Positions 1-8,758 of a stretch of DNA of 32,000 nucleotides are shown one piece after another. The notes below the pieces were generated by a model. It was not told the origin of the DNA. It was given only the letters and a program-made list of their open reading frames with translations, and made no database searches. Both the position numbers and the translations under genes were made by a program. The stretch is from Candidatus Thiothrix putei (lineage in GTDB: Bacteria > Pseudomonadota > Gammaproteobacteria > Thiotrichales > Thiotrichaceae). The stretch's first letter is position 1; each line of letters begins with the position of its first letter. The DNA is taken from NCBI GenBank assembly GCA_029972225.1, contig CP124756.1, positions 3,974,279 to 4,006,278 on the forward strand. Reading direction: 5' to 3'.

Positions 1-659
1 ACCGTGTGTGCGGATACCCCCACATCCGCCCCCAGACTTTGCAGGTTTACCAGTTGCCCGACCCGCCCAGCCACCAGCCGCACAAACTTTTCAAACAGGT
101 GCAGGTTGCGCAATTGCACCAACTCGCGCAAATCGCGCTGCACATAAGTCTCGAAGTAATCCCCCAAGGCTACCGCCGGGTCGAGTTGCTGGGCATGAAT
201 GCGTGGATAGCCGCCCTGATACAAAAAGCTGTCAATCGACGGGCTTGCCAAGACTGGCAGCAATTCAGCCATCGACAAGGGCAGCAATTTCAGCAGGGCA
301 GTCCGCCCCGCCAGCGACTGCGAAATGTGGCGACTGAGTTCAAACTGATGGCTGCCCGTGAGGATAAATTGCCCCTGCGTATTTTTTTCATCCACTGCCA
401 CTTGAATCCACGACAATAACTCCGGGACTCGCTGGATTTCATCAATCACCGCCCCGTCGGTAAATTGCCCCAAAAAGCCACGCGGGTCGGTGCGGGCAAA
501 ATCGCGGGTATCCGGGCGTTCCAAATTGGCGTAAGGCTTGTCGGGGAAGGCTTCCCGGCACAAGGTGGTTTTTCCTGACTGGCGTGGCCCTGTGACGGTC
601 ACGACTGGCCATTGGGAAGAACGTGCCAGCAACGTTGGCAGCATGTGGCGTGCAATCAT
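1..659 (-). CDS. AAA+ ATPase, AAA_14/DUF4143 family (N-terminal ~219 codons; continues past window start)
   Basis: Own minus-strand translation from the ATG (rc) at 657-659: MIARHMLPTLLARSSQWPVVTVTGPRQSGKTTLCREAFPDKPYANLERPDTRDFARTDPRGFLGQF..AVIDEIQRVPELLSWIQ..QFILTGSHQF. Walker A GPRQSGKTT and DEIQ Walker B-like motif. Open to position 1, so it is missing from the ORF track. Confidence 0.8.
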   Translation of the reverse strand, partial: MIARHMLPTLLARSSQWPVVTVTGPRQSGKTTLCREAFPDKPYANLERPDTRDFARTDPRGFLGQFTDGAVIDEIQRVPELLSWIQVAVDEKNTQGQFILTGSHQFELSRHISQSLAGRTALLKLLPLSMAELLPVLASPSIDSFLYQGGYPRIHAQQLDPAVALGDYFETYVQRDLRELVQLRNLHLFEKFVRLVAGRVGQLVNLQSLGADVGVSAHT

Positions 660-754
660 GGCAACCCCTGTAAAATCGGAAGTAGGACTTCATTTTTTCA
701 CATTGCCTGTGGTTAAGCCAGCCTGTCGTGTTGGTATTTATTGGCTGTTTGTGC

Positions 755-791
755 AGGAATAAATAAAAAGATAGGCTATTTATCTTTTTAG
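755..791 (+). repeat. 37-bp palindrome-containing element, copy 1 of 2, ~90 bp upstream of the rtcB sigma-54 promoter
   Basis: AGGAATAAATAAAAAGATAGGCTATTTATCTTTTTAG. It is 34/37 identical to the reverse complement of 12139-12175. Inverted arms AAAAAGATA / TATCTTTTT. Confidence 0.6.
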
Positions 792-882
792 ATAGTAAAT
801 TTGGCTTGTAACTGGCGTGGCAAAAATGAATTTTGAGTTTTATCATATATTTTTCAAAAGGTTAATTTGCTTTATTTGTGGC

Positions 883-898
883 TGGCATACCCCTTGCA
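883..898 (+). promoter_or_regulatory. sigma-54 (-24/-12) promoter for rtcB
   Basis: TGGCATACCCCTTGCA matches TGGCAC-N5-TTGCW with exact GG/GC spacing. It lies 40 nt upstream of the rtcB ATG (938), with an AAGGA RBS at 926-930. E. coli rtcBA is known to be sigma-54 dependent. Confidence 0.6.
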
Positions 899-937
899 AT
901 ACTTGCAGCGTAAGCAACGACAAGCAAGGAAAACACC

Positions 938-1953
938 ATGAGCACTACCACCACTCCCTACGAAGTCCTCCACGAAGCTGGTCACGCGCCCGTTAAGGCG
1001 TGGACAAAAGGCGTTCCCTTTGACGACAACTCCAAAAAGCAATTGCTGAACATTGCGCAGATGCCGTTTATTCACCAATGGGTGGCGGCGATGCCGGATG
1101 TGCATCTGGGGAAAGGTGCAACCATTGGCAGCGTGATTCCGACCGTGGAGGCGATTATTCCGGCGGCGGTGGGCGTGGATTTGGGTTGCGGGATGATGGC
1201 GGCGAAAACCACCTTGACCGCAGCCGACTTGCCCGATTCCTTGGAGGCGATGCGTAGCCAGATTGAACGTCGTGTGCCGCACGGGCGCAGCCTTACCCGT
1301 GGTCAGCGCGATACCGGTGGCTGGGGTGATCCGCCAGACGATGTGCTGGAAAAATGGCTGGCGTTGAGTGCGGGTTTCCAGCGTTTGTGCGAGAAGCACC
1401 CGTTCCTGAAAGTAGCCCGCATTTCCGCGACTACGTGGAGGCGGTGGCCTGGGCGCAGGATTTTGCGCAAGCCAACCGCGAGGTGATGATGGCGCGTACT
1501 TTGCAGGCGATCCGCGAGGTGTTGCCGATCCCGTTCACGGCGGACGTGGAGGCGGTGAATTGCCACCACAACTACATCAGCCGCGAACACCATTACGGCA
1601 AGGACGTGTGGGTGACGCGCAAAGGCGCGGTGAGTGCGCAAAAAGGTCAGCTTGGGATTATTCCGGGCAGCATGGGGGCGAAATCCTTCATCGTGCGCGG
1701 GTTGGGTAATGCCGAAAGTTTTTGCAGTTGCAGCCACGGCGCGGGGCGCGTGATGTCGCGAACTGAAGCCAAACGCCGCGTGTCGCTGGAGGAGCATAAA
1801 CGTGCCGTCGCGGGGGTGGAATGCCGCGTGGATGAGGCGGTGATTGATGAAACGCCGTCGGCTTACAAGCCGATTGATAAGGTGATGGCGGCGCAGAGTG
1901 ATTTGGTGGAAGTGCTGCATACTCTGAAGCAGGTGGTGTGTGTGAAGGGGTAA
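938..1953 (+). pseudogene. rtcB: RNA 3'-phosphate ligase RtcB, internally deleted and frameshifted
   Basis: ORF 938-1486 carries the RtcB N-terminus (MPFIHQWVAAMPDVHLGKGATIGSVIP..AAVGVDLGCGM). ORF 1354-1953, in another frame, carries the C-terminus (AVAWAQDFA..VNCHHNY..GIIPGSMGAKSFIVRGLGN..SFCSCSHGAGR..VVCVKG). The frames join near 1405-1415. About 75 codons are missing relative to E. coli RtcB, including the GTGNHFIE..HSGSRG segment. Confidence 0.85.
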
Positions 1954-1985
1954 CCAATGATGACAAAGAAAAATGAGGCATCCAC

Positions 1986-2107
1986 ATGATTAAAATTGAA
2001 ATATTGTCAGCTAGAGACCCACAATGGGCTAGCGAGGATTGCAGCGCAATAGACTGCTGGGTCAGAACTAATACGCTAATTGAGGAGGTTCCCTTTACGG
2101 CGTCTAA
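1986..2107 (+). pseudogene. 5' fragment (~40 codons) of a small gene truncated by ISAzo13 copy 1
   Basis: MIKIEILSARDPQWASEDCSAIDCWVRTNTLIEEVPFTAS then runs directly into the IS terminal repeat at 2108. It weakly recalls phage tail-assembly-type N-termini (..PFTAS). No firm assignment. Confidence 0.3.
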
Positions 2108-3433
2108 GGAACTGTCCCGAAATAACTTCCCGAAATCAGGGGGACTGAGGGGTAGCGGTGTAGTTCCATTTTGGCAGGAAATCATCGAACTGGATGGTCA
2201 TGTTATCCTTAAACGCTTGGGTATACTTGCGCCCGGTTTCAAAAACTTTACTGATGATGCGGACAGCGACCTTCAAGCCAGTGGTGGTTTCCGTTTTTGC
2301 CATGTAGTGTTTGGCGGTTTCGACCGTTTCCAACGGCACACCCCGGCAGGCACGGGTCACATGGGGGAACAGTCGGTGTTCAATCGGGTTGTATTTGGAG
2401 CAATAGGGCGGGTAGTGGGCGATGCGTATTGTCAGGTTCAGGCTGTCCGCCAATGCCTGCAAGTCTTGCTTGAACAGGTACGCAGAGGAACTGTTGCTGC
2501 CACCACCGTCACATAAGACCAACAGCTCGTCAGCTTCGGGGTAGTTGGGTTTCCCTTGCTCACGCCACCATAAGCCAAGGCTTTCGCAGGCAAACTCGGT
2601 GGTGTCGTGGCTGGTGTTCAGGTGCAGTGCCGCTTCGTTGCGGGCAAGGTCGTAGATGCCGTGGGGGATCACCTGACCATTGCCATAGCTGGGGAAGTCA
2701 TGGTCATTGACCTCCGTGGGTTCGACGGCATCCGTTACCCCTTCACGGTAAAAGTTGCCCAGCAGTTCCTTCTTTTTGGTGTCAATGCTGATCACGGGTT
2801 TGCCTGCTTGCAGGTAGGTTTGTTTGAGTTGGGCAATCTTTTCAAACTGGGCATTACGGTCAGCGTGTTGCCCCATGGTGCGTTTCTTCTGGGGCTTGCG
2901 GCGGCGGTAGCCGTGCTCCCGTAATAGGCGCGACACCACGTTTTTCCCAGCCGATGTCCCCAATGCCTGCATCCGCCGGGCAATCTGCCGACGTGACAGG
3001 TTCGTCCATTTCACCGCCTCCCGCATGGGGTCGCCTGCCGTATGATCCTTTAAAACTTGGCGAAAATGCTCATCCAATTGCAGGTGCGTAGCGTTCAGCC
3101 GTTTGCGCCCGCCCCTTTTTTTCGCTGCCTTACGGTGGGCAAGCCATCTTCCGATTCCAACTCCGTCAACCCGTGGCGGATGGTTTTGGGGTCACAGTCC
3201 AATAACCGGGAAATGTAGTCCTGCCCCCCGTGCCCAAGCCGGACGGCTTCCACGGCGGCGTAGCGGCGGCGGTCACGCTCATTGAGCGATTGGTAGAACC
3301 GCTGCATTTGTTTTTCTATGGCTGATGGGTAAACATCCATTGGCTCATCCTCGGTGTTGATTGGCATTACAAGGGGCTATCTTCCCCCTTTCGCTGTTAG
3401 CAGAAAAGAGGGAAGTTATTTCGGGACAGTTCC
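2108..3433 (-). mobile_element. ISAzo13-family insertion sequence, copy 1 (1326 bp)
   Basis: Perfect 24-bp terminal inverted repeats GGAACTGTCCCGAAATAACTTCCC (2108-2131; rc at 3410-3433). Flanked by TAA (2105-2107) and TTA (3434-3436). Near-identical second copy at 16845-18170. Confidence 0.9.
2136..3367 (-). CDS. ISAzo13-family DDE transposase; orfA 3095-3367 plus orfB 2136-3077 in the -1 frame
   Basis: orfB has ISIDTKKKELLGNF..DHDF..LVLCDGGGSNSS..HYPPYCSKYNPIEHRLF, typical of the DDE_Tnp_ISAZ013 (Rhodopirellula-type) family. orfA is a small HTH protein. An A7G slippery run (rc of the T-run 3116-3122) sits just before the orfA stop. Confidence 0.85.
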
Positions 3434-3615
3434 TTAGCTATATTGCTATCGTCTACGTAGAGGGAACCATGAGGAATAGTGTGCAAGGCAGAAAAGCCAC
3501 CTCCAAGGTAGAACTGATTTTTTGAGTTATCGTTAGGCGCTAACTTTTTCGCATAGAAACGGATTGCTCCATGTGATTCCATGAGCTGTAAGAGCGACTT
3601 GATTGATTCCATCAT
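3434..3615 (-). pseudogene. Putative type II restriction endonuclease, N-terminal fragment (family unassigned)
   Basis: [60 protein letters not shown]. It starts inside the 3' end of the C5-MTase gene and reads into the ISAzo13 end at 3433. Continues in frame with 18171-18545 once the IS and one TAA are removed. Confidence 0.6.
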
Positions 3616-3822
3616 TGATCCACATATCGGTCATCAGGGGTTTGTAAGTTTGTTGCATTATCCAGGGTTTCATCACGCGGGCAACTTCGCGGAAGACAGG
3701 CATCACCACTGAGTTGCCGAACTGTTTGTACGCCCGTGTATCCGACACCGGAATACGGAAAGTGTCCGGGTAGCCCATCAGCCGCGCACATTCTCGCGGG
3801 GTAAGGCGGCGCGGGTTTTTGT
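3533..3822 (-). pseudogene. DNA cytosine-5 methyltransferase, C-terminal fragment
   Basis: Own translation: ..[43 protein letters not shown].. (C5-MTase motifs IX/X). Joins 5247-6303 in frame when the IS and one 9-bp duplication are removed. Confidence 0.85.
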
Positions 3823-5246
3823 GGGTGTGAACAAAAGTGCGGTGTCCTGTAGACTAAGATGGCATCCCCTAAAACCAGAGAAAAAGGACTTTCCCATGTT
3901 GACAGTTAGCTCCCGCGACCAAAAACTTTTAGAAGCCTTGAACCGCAACCCCGCATTAAAAGCTCGGATGGAAGGGCTAATCGAGGTGGTTGAAAATGCC
4001 GGTGATGACATTATCAAAGCAGCAGACGCCGAACAGCGGGTGATAGAAGAACTGCGCCAAATGGGAAATGATGCGATCACTGCATGGGCAAACAAACGTG
4101 TAGAAAAATGCACAGCCCCAGCCTGTGAAGAAGGCATTGGGAAGTATGTAAAGAGTGGAAAAAAAACTGTCATTGGCACACGACCTACGGAAAAATCCAC
4201 ATAAGCGAACCGGTCTACCGGATTCCCGGCAAGCGTGTCCGCCCCTTTAGCCAGAGTGCCGAGGTTGTTTGCCGAGGCTGTTCGCTCCCGCTGCAACGGG
4301 CGGTGACGGACTTTGGGGCGGACTGTTCATTTGCTCAAGTGCCTGATAAATTAGAAGAACATTACGGGATACGGCTGGCATCCAGCAGCATCCGACACAT
4401 CACCGAAGGTCACGCCAAACGCATCCATGAATCCCAAGTGTTGATAAAAGACTATCCAAGCACGTTGGGAAAAGCCTATGTCATTGCCGAAATGGACGGC
4501 AGCATGATCCCCATCGTCGAGATTGACGAAACAGCCCCCGACAAGCGCAAAGGCAAAAAGGAAAGCTGGAAAGAAGCCCGCCTGTGTCTTGCCCACGCCA
4601 AAGGCAGTGCTACGCCAACGTTTGGCGCAATATTCGGTGGCACGGTAGAAGATGCTGGAAAAATCTTATTCGACACCGCCTGCCGTGCTGGATTTGGAAA
4701 AAGCACGTTCCTCCATGCGGTGGGTGATGGGGCAAGCTGGATCAACCGTCAAGTGGATGAACAATTTGGCACACAAGGACATTACCTGATTGATTTTTAT
4801 CATGTTTGTGAATACCTATCAGCAGCATCCGCAAGCTGTTCATGCCTCAAGGACAAGGATAAATGGTTTGCCAAACAGAAAAAAGCCCTACAGGATGGTC
4901 AAGCTCAAGCGGTCATCGACACACTGAAACCTTTCCTCGAAGCAGAAACGGTAGAAGACAGTAACGCCCCAGTACGAGCTTGTCGCCGTTACCTGAGCAA
5001 CCGCATTGAGCAACTGGATTACCCGACAGCAAAATCCCTCGGATTGCCCGTGGGGTCGGGCGAAATAGAAAGTGCACACCGTTACATCATCCAGCAACGC
5101 TTAAAAAAATCGGGGGCATGGTGGAAAAGTGATAATGCGGCGGATATGTTGGCGTTGAGGGTCATGCGGGGAAACCAGCAATGGAAGCATTATTGGCGAA
5201 ACACCGCTGAGGCGGCATGAGGTTTACCGCACTTTTGTTCACACCC
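3823..5246 (+). mobile_element. ISKra4-like insertion sequence no.1 (1424 bp) inside the C5-MTase gene
   Basis: Perfect 21-bp IRs GGGTGTGAACAAAAGTGCGGT (3823-3843; rc at 5226-5246). 9-bp target duplication GGTTTTTGT (3814-3822 and 5247-5255). Confidence 0.9.
3896..5220 (+). CDS. ISKra4-family transposase; orfA 3896-4204 plus orfB (-1 frame) to 5220
   Basis: orfB has VTDFGADCSFAQVPDKLEEHYGIRL..EMDGSMIPIV..WKEARLCLA..HAVGDGASWI..YLIDFYHVCEYL, and is homologous to 27795-28871. The A8 run at 4159-4166 links the frames. The orfB frame is open from just upstream of the run (..CKEWKKNCHWHTTYGKIHISEPVYR..). Confidence 0.8.
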
Positions 5247-6303
5247 GGTTTTTGTTTTCGCCTTGCCAGACCAGTATTTCCGAGCCGTCTTTGTAATAAC
5301 GGGCGGAAAGGGTGCGGGTCACGCTATTGGCATACGCCAGCCCAAAACCATAGCCGTTACCCTTAGCCTTGTGTTTGTCAGCGTAATCTTGCAGGTATTT
5401 CCAGAGATTGTTGGTTAGGGTGTATTTGTCATGAATCTTGCGGTTGGCATGATCGAAATAGCGGCCTTCGTCGTGTTCCAGTACAGGTTCGCTACCATCG
5501 GTCTTGTGTAGGATGTTACCTAGCGTGATACGACCTTTGCCCGGCAGTTGCAGTGCATCCCAGCTAAATGCGGTTGGTTCGCGGAAGCCGACAATGACCG
5601 TGCGTTCACGGTGCTGGGGTGTCCAGTGCTGCCCGTCAATGGTTGTCCAGTGAACCTGATAGCCGAGTTCCTCCCGCAAGGTGTGCAGGATGATACGGAA
5701 CGTATTGCCCTTGTCATGGGATTGCAGATTCTTGACGTTTTCCAGCAGAAATGCACCGGGGCGTTTGGCTTTGATGATGCGTGCCACGTCGAAAAACAGC
5801 GTGCCTTGAGTTTCATCCTCAAAACCGTGCGCCCGTCCAAGGGCATTTTTCTTCGAGACGCCCGCAATCGAAAACGGCTGGCAGGGGAAACCGGCTAATA
5901 GTACATCATGTGCCGGAATGTTCGCTTCAGGTATCGTGGTAATGTCCCCTGCAATGGGTTGCCCGTCAGCAAAGTTGGCGTGGTAGGTACGTTGGGCGTA
6001 AGCATCCCATTCACTGGTAAATACGCAGCGTCCCCCGTTCAGCTCAAATGCCTTGCGAATGCCGCCAATTCCCGCGAACAGGTCGATGAAGGTGAAATCG
6101 GCACTGTCCGCCGGTTTGCCAAACGGCATCAACATCTGTTGCAGACCATACAGAATGCCATGTTTCGGCTCTGTTTCACGTTTTAGCCAGCGTCCGACGG
6201 TGCTGGGGTTAACGCCCAGCTTTTCAGCAATCTCGGAATGGTTGTAGTAGTGCGCAGCCTCTTCAAGACACTGCAACACCGTTGACGCTCTGACTTCGTA
6301 CAT
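5247..6303 (-). pseudogene. DNA cytosine-5 methyltransferase with N-terminal HTH extension, N-terminal fragment
   Basis: Motif I FIDLFAGIGG, motif IV GFPCQPFS, motif VI LLENV. N-terminal HTH HSEIAEKLGVNPSTVGRWLKR. Likely start is the ATG at 6303 (GGAG 6 nt upstream). The reading frame ends artificially inside the IS terminal repeat. Confidence 0.85.
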
Positions 6304-6315
6304 GATTGACTCCAC

Positions 6316-6351
6316 GGGAAACTTTTTTGCATTTTATGCTTATGGTTTCCC
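6316..6351 (-). promoter_or_regulatory. Candidate operator: two concentric palindromes just upstream of the MTase start
   Basis: GGGAAAC (6316-6322) / GTTTCCC (6345-6351) enclose GCAT-TTT-ATGC (6329-6339). They share a centre near 6334, 13-48 nt upstream of the ATG at 6303. Confidence 0.35.
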
Positions 6352-6447
6352 TTTAGCAATCAATGGTTCGTTTTTAGTTCGCCATTTGAGTTCAGGAAAA
6401 TTGATGGGCAGAGTGACTTATTCAATCACGAGAGAGGGGAGTCAGAG

Positions 6448-7457
6448 GGTGTCATATCCCATGGGATCATATTCCCTCAAGGAGCTACCCACTCTTCAAA
6501 GCGCGGGCTATCCTTGAAGGCATCTTATCCACGCATGGTTACAAGGCAAAGCGTACATGAAACTGCATCCTGAAGCACGGACAACGCCGCCTGACGATCC
6601 GCAAATGGCAGAACCGTGAGGAGATGACCGACAAATCGCACCGCCCGGATACGCCGCAAACCACGCTGACCGAAGCACAAGAATGGCTGGTGGTGGAGCT
6701 GCGCAAAACCCTGCTGTTGTCGCTGGATGACCTGACCCACATCACCCAAGAATACATCAATGCCGCCGCCAGCCGCTCGGGTATTGACCGCTGCCTGCGC
6801 CGTCATGGGATTGCCAACCTGAAAGTGATGAAGCGGGAACTGTATGGCGAGGAGCCACCGCCGAAAAAGGTATTCAAGGACTATGAACCCGGCTATATCC
6901 ATATTGACATCAAATACTTGCCGAAGATGTCCAACGAGAAGGAACACCAATACCTGTATGTCGCCATCGACCGTGCCAGTCGTATGGTATGCCTTGCCAT
7001 TTACCCGGACAAAACCGCTGCCAGCACAGCGGAGTTTCTGGGTAAGGTGGAGCAACGCTTCCCCATCAAGGTGCAATATGTGCTAACCGATAATGGTAAG
7101 GAATTCACCGACCGCTTTACCCGTAAAGGCGAACGTGACCCCACTGGCAAGCACAAATTCGACAAAGCCTGTGAACGCATCAAGGCTGAACACCGCCTCA
7201 CCAAACCACGCCACCCCCAAACCAACGGCATGGTGGAACGCTTCAACGGGCGTATCAGCGACTTGTTGCAAACCACCCGTTTCGCCTCATCCAATGAATT
7301 GGCTGAGGCGATCAAACATTATGAACGGCTTTACAACCACTGCATTCCCCAGAAAGCACTGGGATACAAAACCCCTATTCAAGCGCTCAAAGAATGGCAG
7401 AAAAAGAAGCCAGATTTATTCAAAAAGAAAGTATATGATCTATCGGGACTTGACACC
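6448..7457 (+). mobile_element. IS481-family insertion sequence (boundaries approximate)
   Basis: Imperfect IRs GGTGTCAtaTCCC (6448-6460) versus the rc of GGGActTGACACC (7445-7457). The transposase stop lies at the right end. About 1010 bp fits the family size. No target duplication found. Confidence 0.45.
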
Positions 7458-7460
7458 TAG
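6624..7460 (+). CDS. IS481-family transposase (rve integrase core), N-terminal region degraded
   Basis: DYEPGYIHIDIKYL..YLYVAIDRASR..VLTDNGKEF..RHPQTNGMVERFNGRI. A family-typical MKLHPEARTTP opening starts at ATG 6557 in a different frame and stops at 6617-6619. Confidence 0.8.
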   Translation: MTDKSHRPDTPQTTLTEAQEWLVVELRKTLLLSLDDLTHITQEYINAAASRSGIDRCLRRHGIANLKVMKRELYGEEPPPKKVFKDYEPGYIHIDIKYLPKMSNEKEHQYLYVAIDRASRMVCLAIYPDKTAASTAEFLGKVEQRFPIKVQYVLTDNGKEFTDRFTRKGERDPTGKHKFDKACERIKAEHRLTKPRHPQTNGMVERFNGRISDLLQTTRFASSNELAEAIKHYERLYNHCIPQKALGYKTPIQALKEWQKKKPDLFKKKVYDLSGLDT

Positions 7461-7487
7461 AAATACTGAAATACCCGACCCCGTAAG

Positions 7488-8042
7488 TTACTTCTTCTTG
7501 GTTTTCTTCACGGTCTTTTTCGCTTTAGGTTTGGCTTTGGTCACTGCCTTGAACTCAGAGGCGGTGTAATACATTTCCTCATCAGCCATCTGCGTATTTT
7601 GGTCGATACTGATCGACAGCGGGCGACCGTTTTGTGCGTCATATTGCACGTCAATACGCGCTGCTTTGGCATCAATGGCTTTGCGGATAATGTCGAATAA
7701 ACCTTCGGTGGTTAGCGCATCAGCACGGCGTTCCAAGGAAAGCGGCACACCGTCTACCGTTGATTTCGTTACCGTGCTGCCCGATACTTCAATCGCAATC
7801 GGTTTGCGAAATTCCGGGGTGCAGAAGCAGGAACGTTGTAAGGTGTAAGTGTAATGTGCTGGTTTATTTTGCCGCCACTTGGTTTCTGCTGCTAACAAGT
7901 CGCGATTGGCAATGAAGTAGCTTTCCGCAGATGGCACAGGGTGCTCTACCACTGTACCGGTATTGCCTGTAAAAGCAGGTGTGGTTGCGACACAGCCACT
8001 CAGCAAGCCTGCGCAGAGTGTGGTCAGCAAGATGTATTTCAT
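7488..8042 (-). CDS. Lipoprotein with CFC motif and lysine-rich C-terminal tail (DUF6174-like?)
   Basis: Internal start at 8042 gives MKYILLTTLCAGLLSGC (signal peptide plus lipobox LSGC). The tail is KAKPKAKKTVKKTKKK. The longer ORF-track start at 8210 lacks a signal-peptide context. Confidence 0.65.
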   Translation of the reverse strand: MKYILLTTLCAGLLSGCVATTPAFTGNTGTVVEHPVPSAESYFIANRDLLAAETKWRQNKPAHYTYTLQRSCFCTPEFRKPIAIEVSGSTVTKSTVDGVPLSLERRADALTTEGLFDIIRKAIDAKAARIDVQYDAQNGRPLSISIDQNTQMADEEMYYTASEFKAVTKAKPKAKKTVKKTKKK

Positions 8043-8134
8043 AGCAGTGTCCCCTTGGTATGTGCTGGTGTTGATACAGCACAAGACCGGTAGAACAGGG
8101 GAAAGTTCAGGAAGGTTATTATGAGCATAACAAT

Positions 8135-8758
8135 ATGACACACCGCACGTGGTTTCTCGGTTTGCTTGGGTTATTTCTGGTATTCGCCGTAGCGTTGGGG
8201 ATTGCACCACGCTACCGTCATGACTGGATGTTGGAAAACATTCTCACCGTGTTAACCGTGATTTTACTACTGAGTACCAGCAAAGCGTTTCCGCTATCAC
8301 GCCTTTCCTATGGCTTGATTTTCGTATTTCTAACCTTGCATGAAATCGGCTCGCACTATACCTACGCTGAAGTGCCGTATGACCAGTGGTGGCAATCCGC
8401 CTTTGGTTATTCCCTAAACGAAGCGCTGGGGTTTGAACGCAACCATTTCGACCGGCTGGTGCATTTCTTGTATGGCTTGCTATTGGCTTACCCCGTGCGG
8501 GAAATGTTTATTCGGGTGGCGGATGTGAAAGGCTTCTGGAGCTATTTCCTGCCGTTGGATTTAACCATGTCGACGTCGCTGCTATACGAATTGGTGGAGT
8601 GGGCAGTCGCGGAAGTGTTCGGCGGTGAACTCGGCATGGCTTACCTCGGTACACAAGGTGATGTGTGGGATGCACACAAAGATATGGCACTGGCAAGCGG
8701 TGGGGCATTCTTGGCAATGGGGCTGACGGCGGGGATAAATAGTCGGGTTCGACGATGA
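8135..8758 (+). CDS. YjdF/DUF2238-family inner membrane protein
   Basis: 207 aa and multi-pass hydrophobic. Contains ..WMLENILT..HEIGSHYTYAEVPY..FERNHFDRLVHF..LYELVEW.., as in E. coli YjdF (about 209 aa). Confidence 0.7.
   Translation: MTHRTWFLGLLGLFLVFAVALGIAPRYRHDWMLENILTVLTVILLLSTSKAFPLSRLSYGLIFVFLTLHEIGSHYTYAEVPYDQWWQSAFGYSLNEALGFERNHFDRLVHFLYGLLLAYPVREMFIRVADVKGFWSYFLPLDLTMSTSLLYELVEWAVAEVFGGELGMAYLGTQGDVWDAHKDMALASGGAFLAMGLTAGINSRVRR

Noticed and set aside
1303-1920. 205-aa ORF antisense to rtcB. Similar long antisense ORFs occur at 12462-13244 (opposite hipA), 23794-24501 (opposite ilvD), 20698-21288 (opposite the rnfB-like gene) and 6525-7076 (opposite the IS481 transposase).
   Set aside because: In each case the opposite strand carries strong, recognisable protein motifs. 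The antisense translations are Arg/His/Ala-rich and low in complexity, as expected for shadow ORFs in GC-rich coding DNA.
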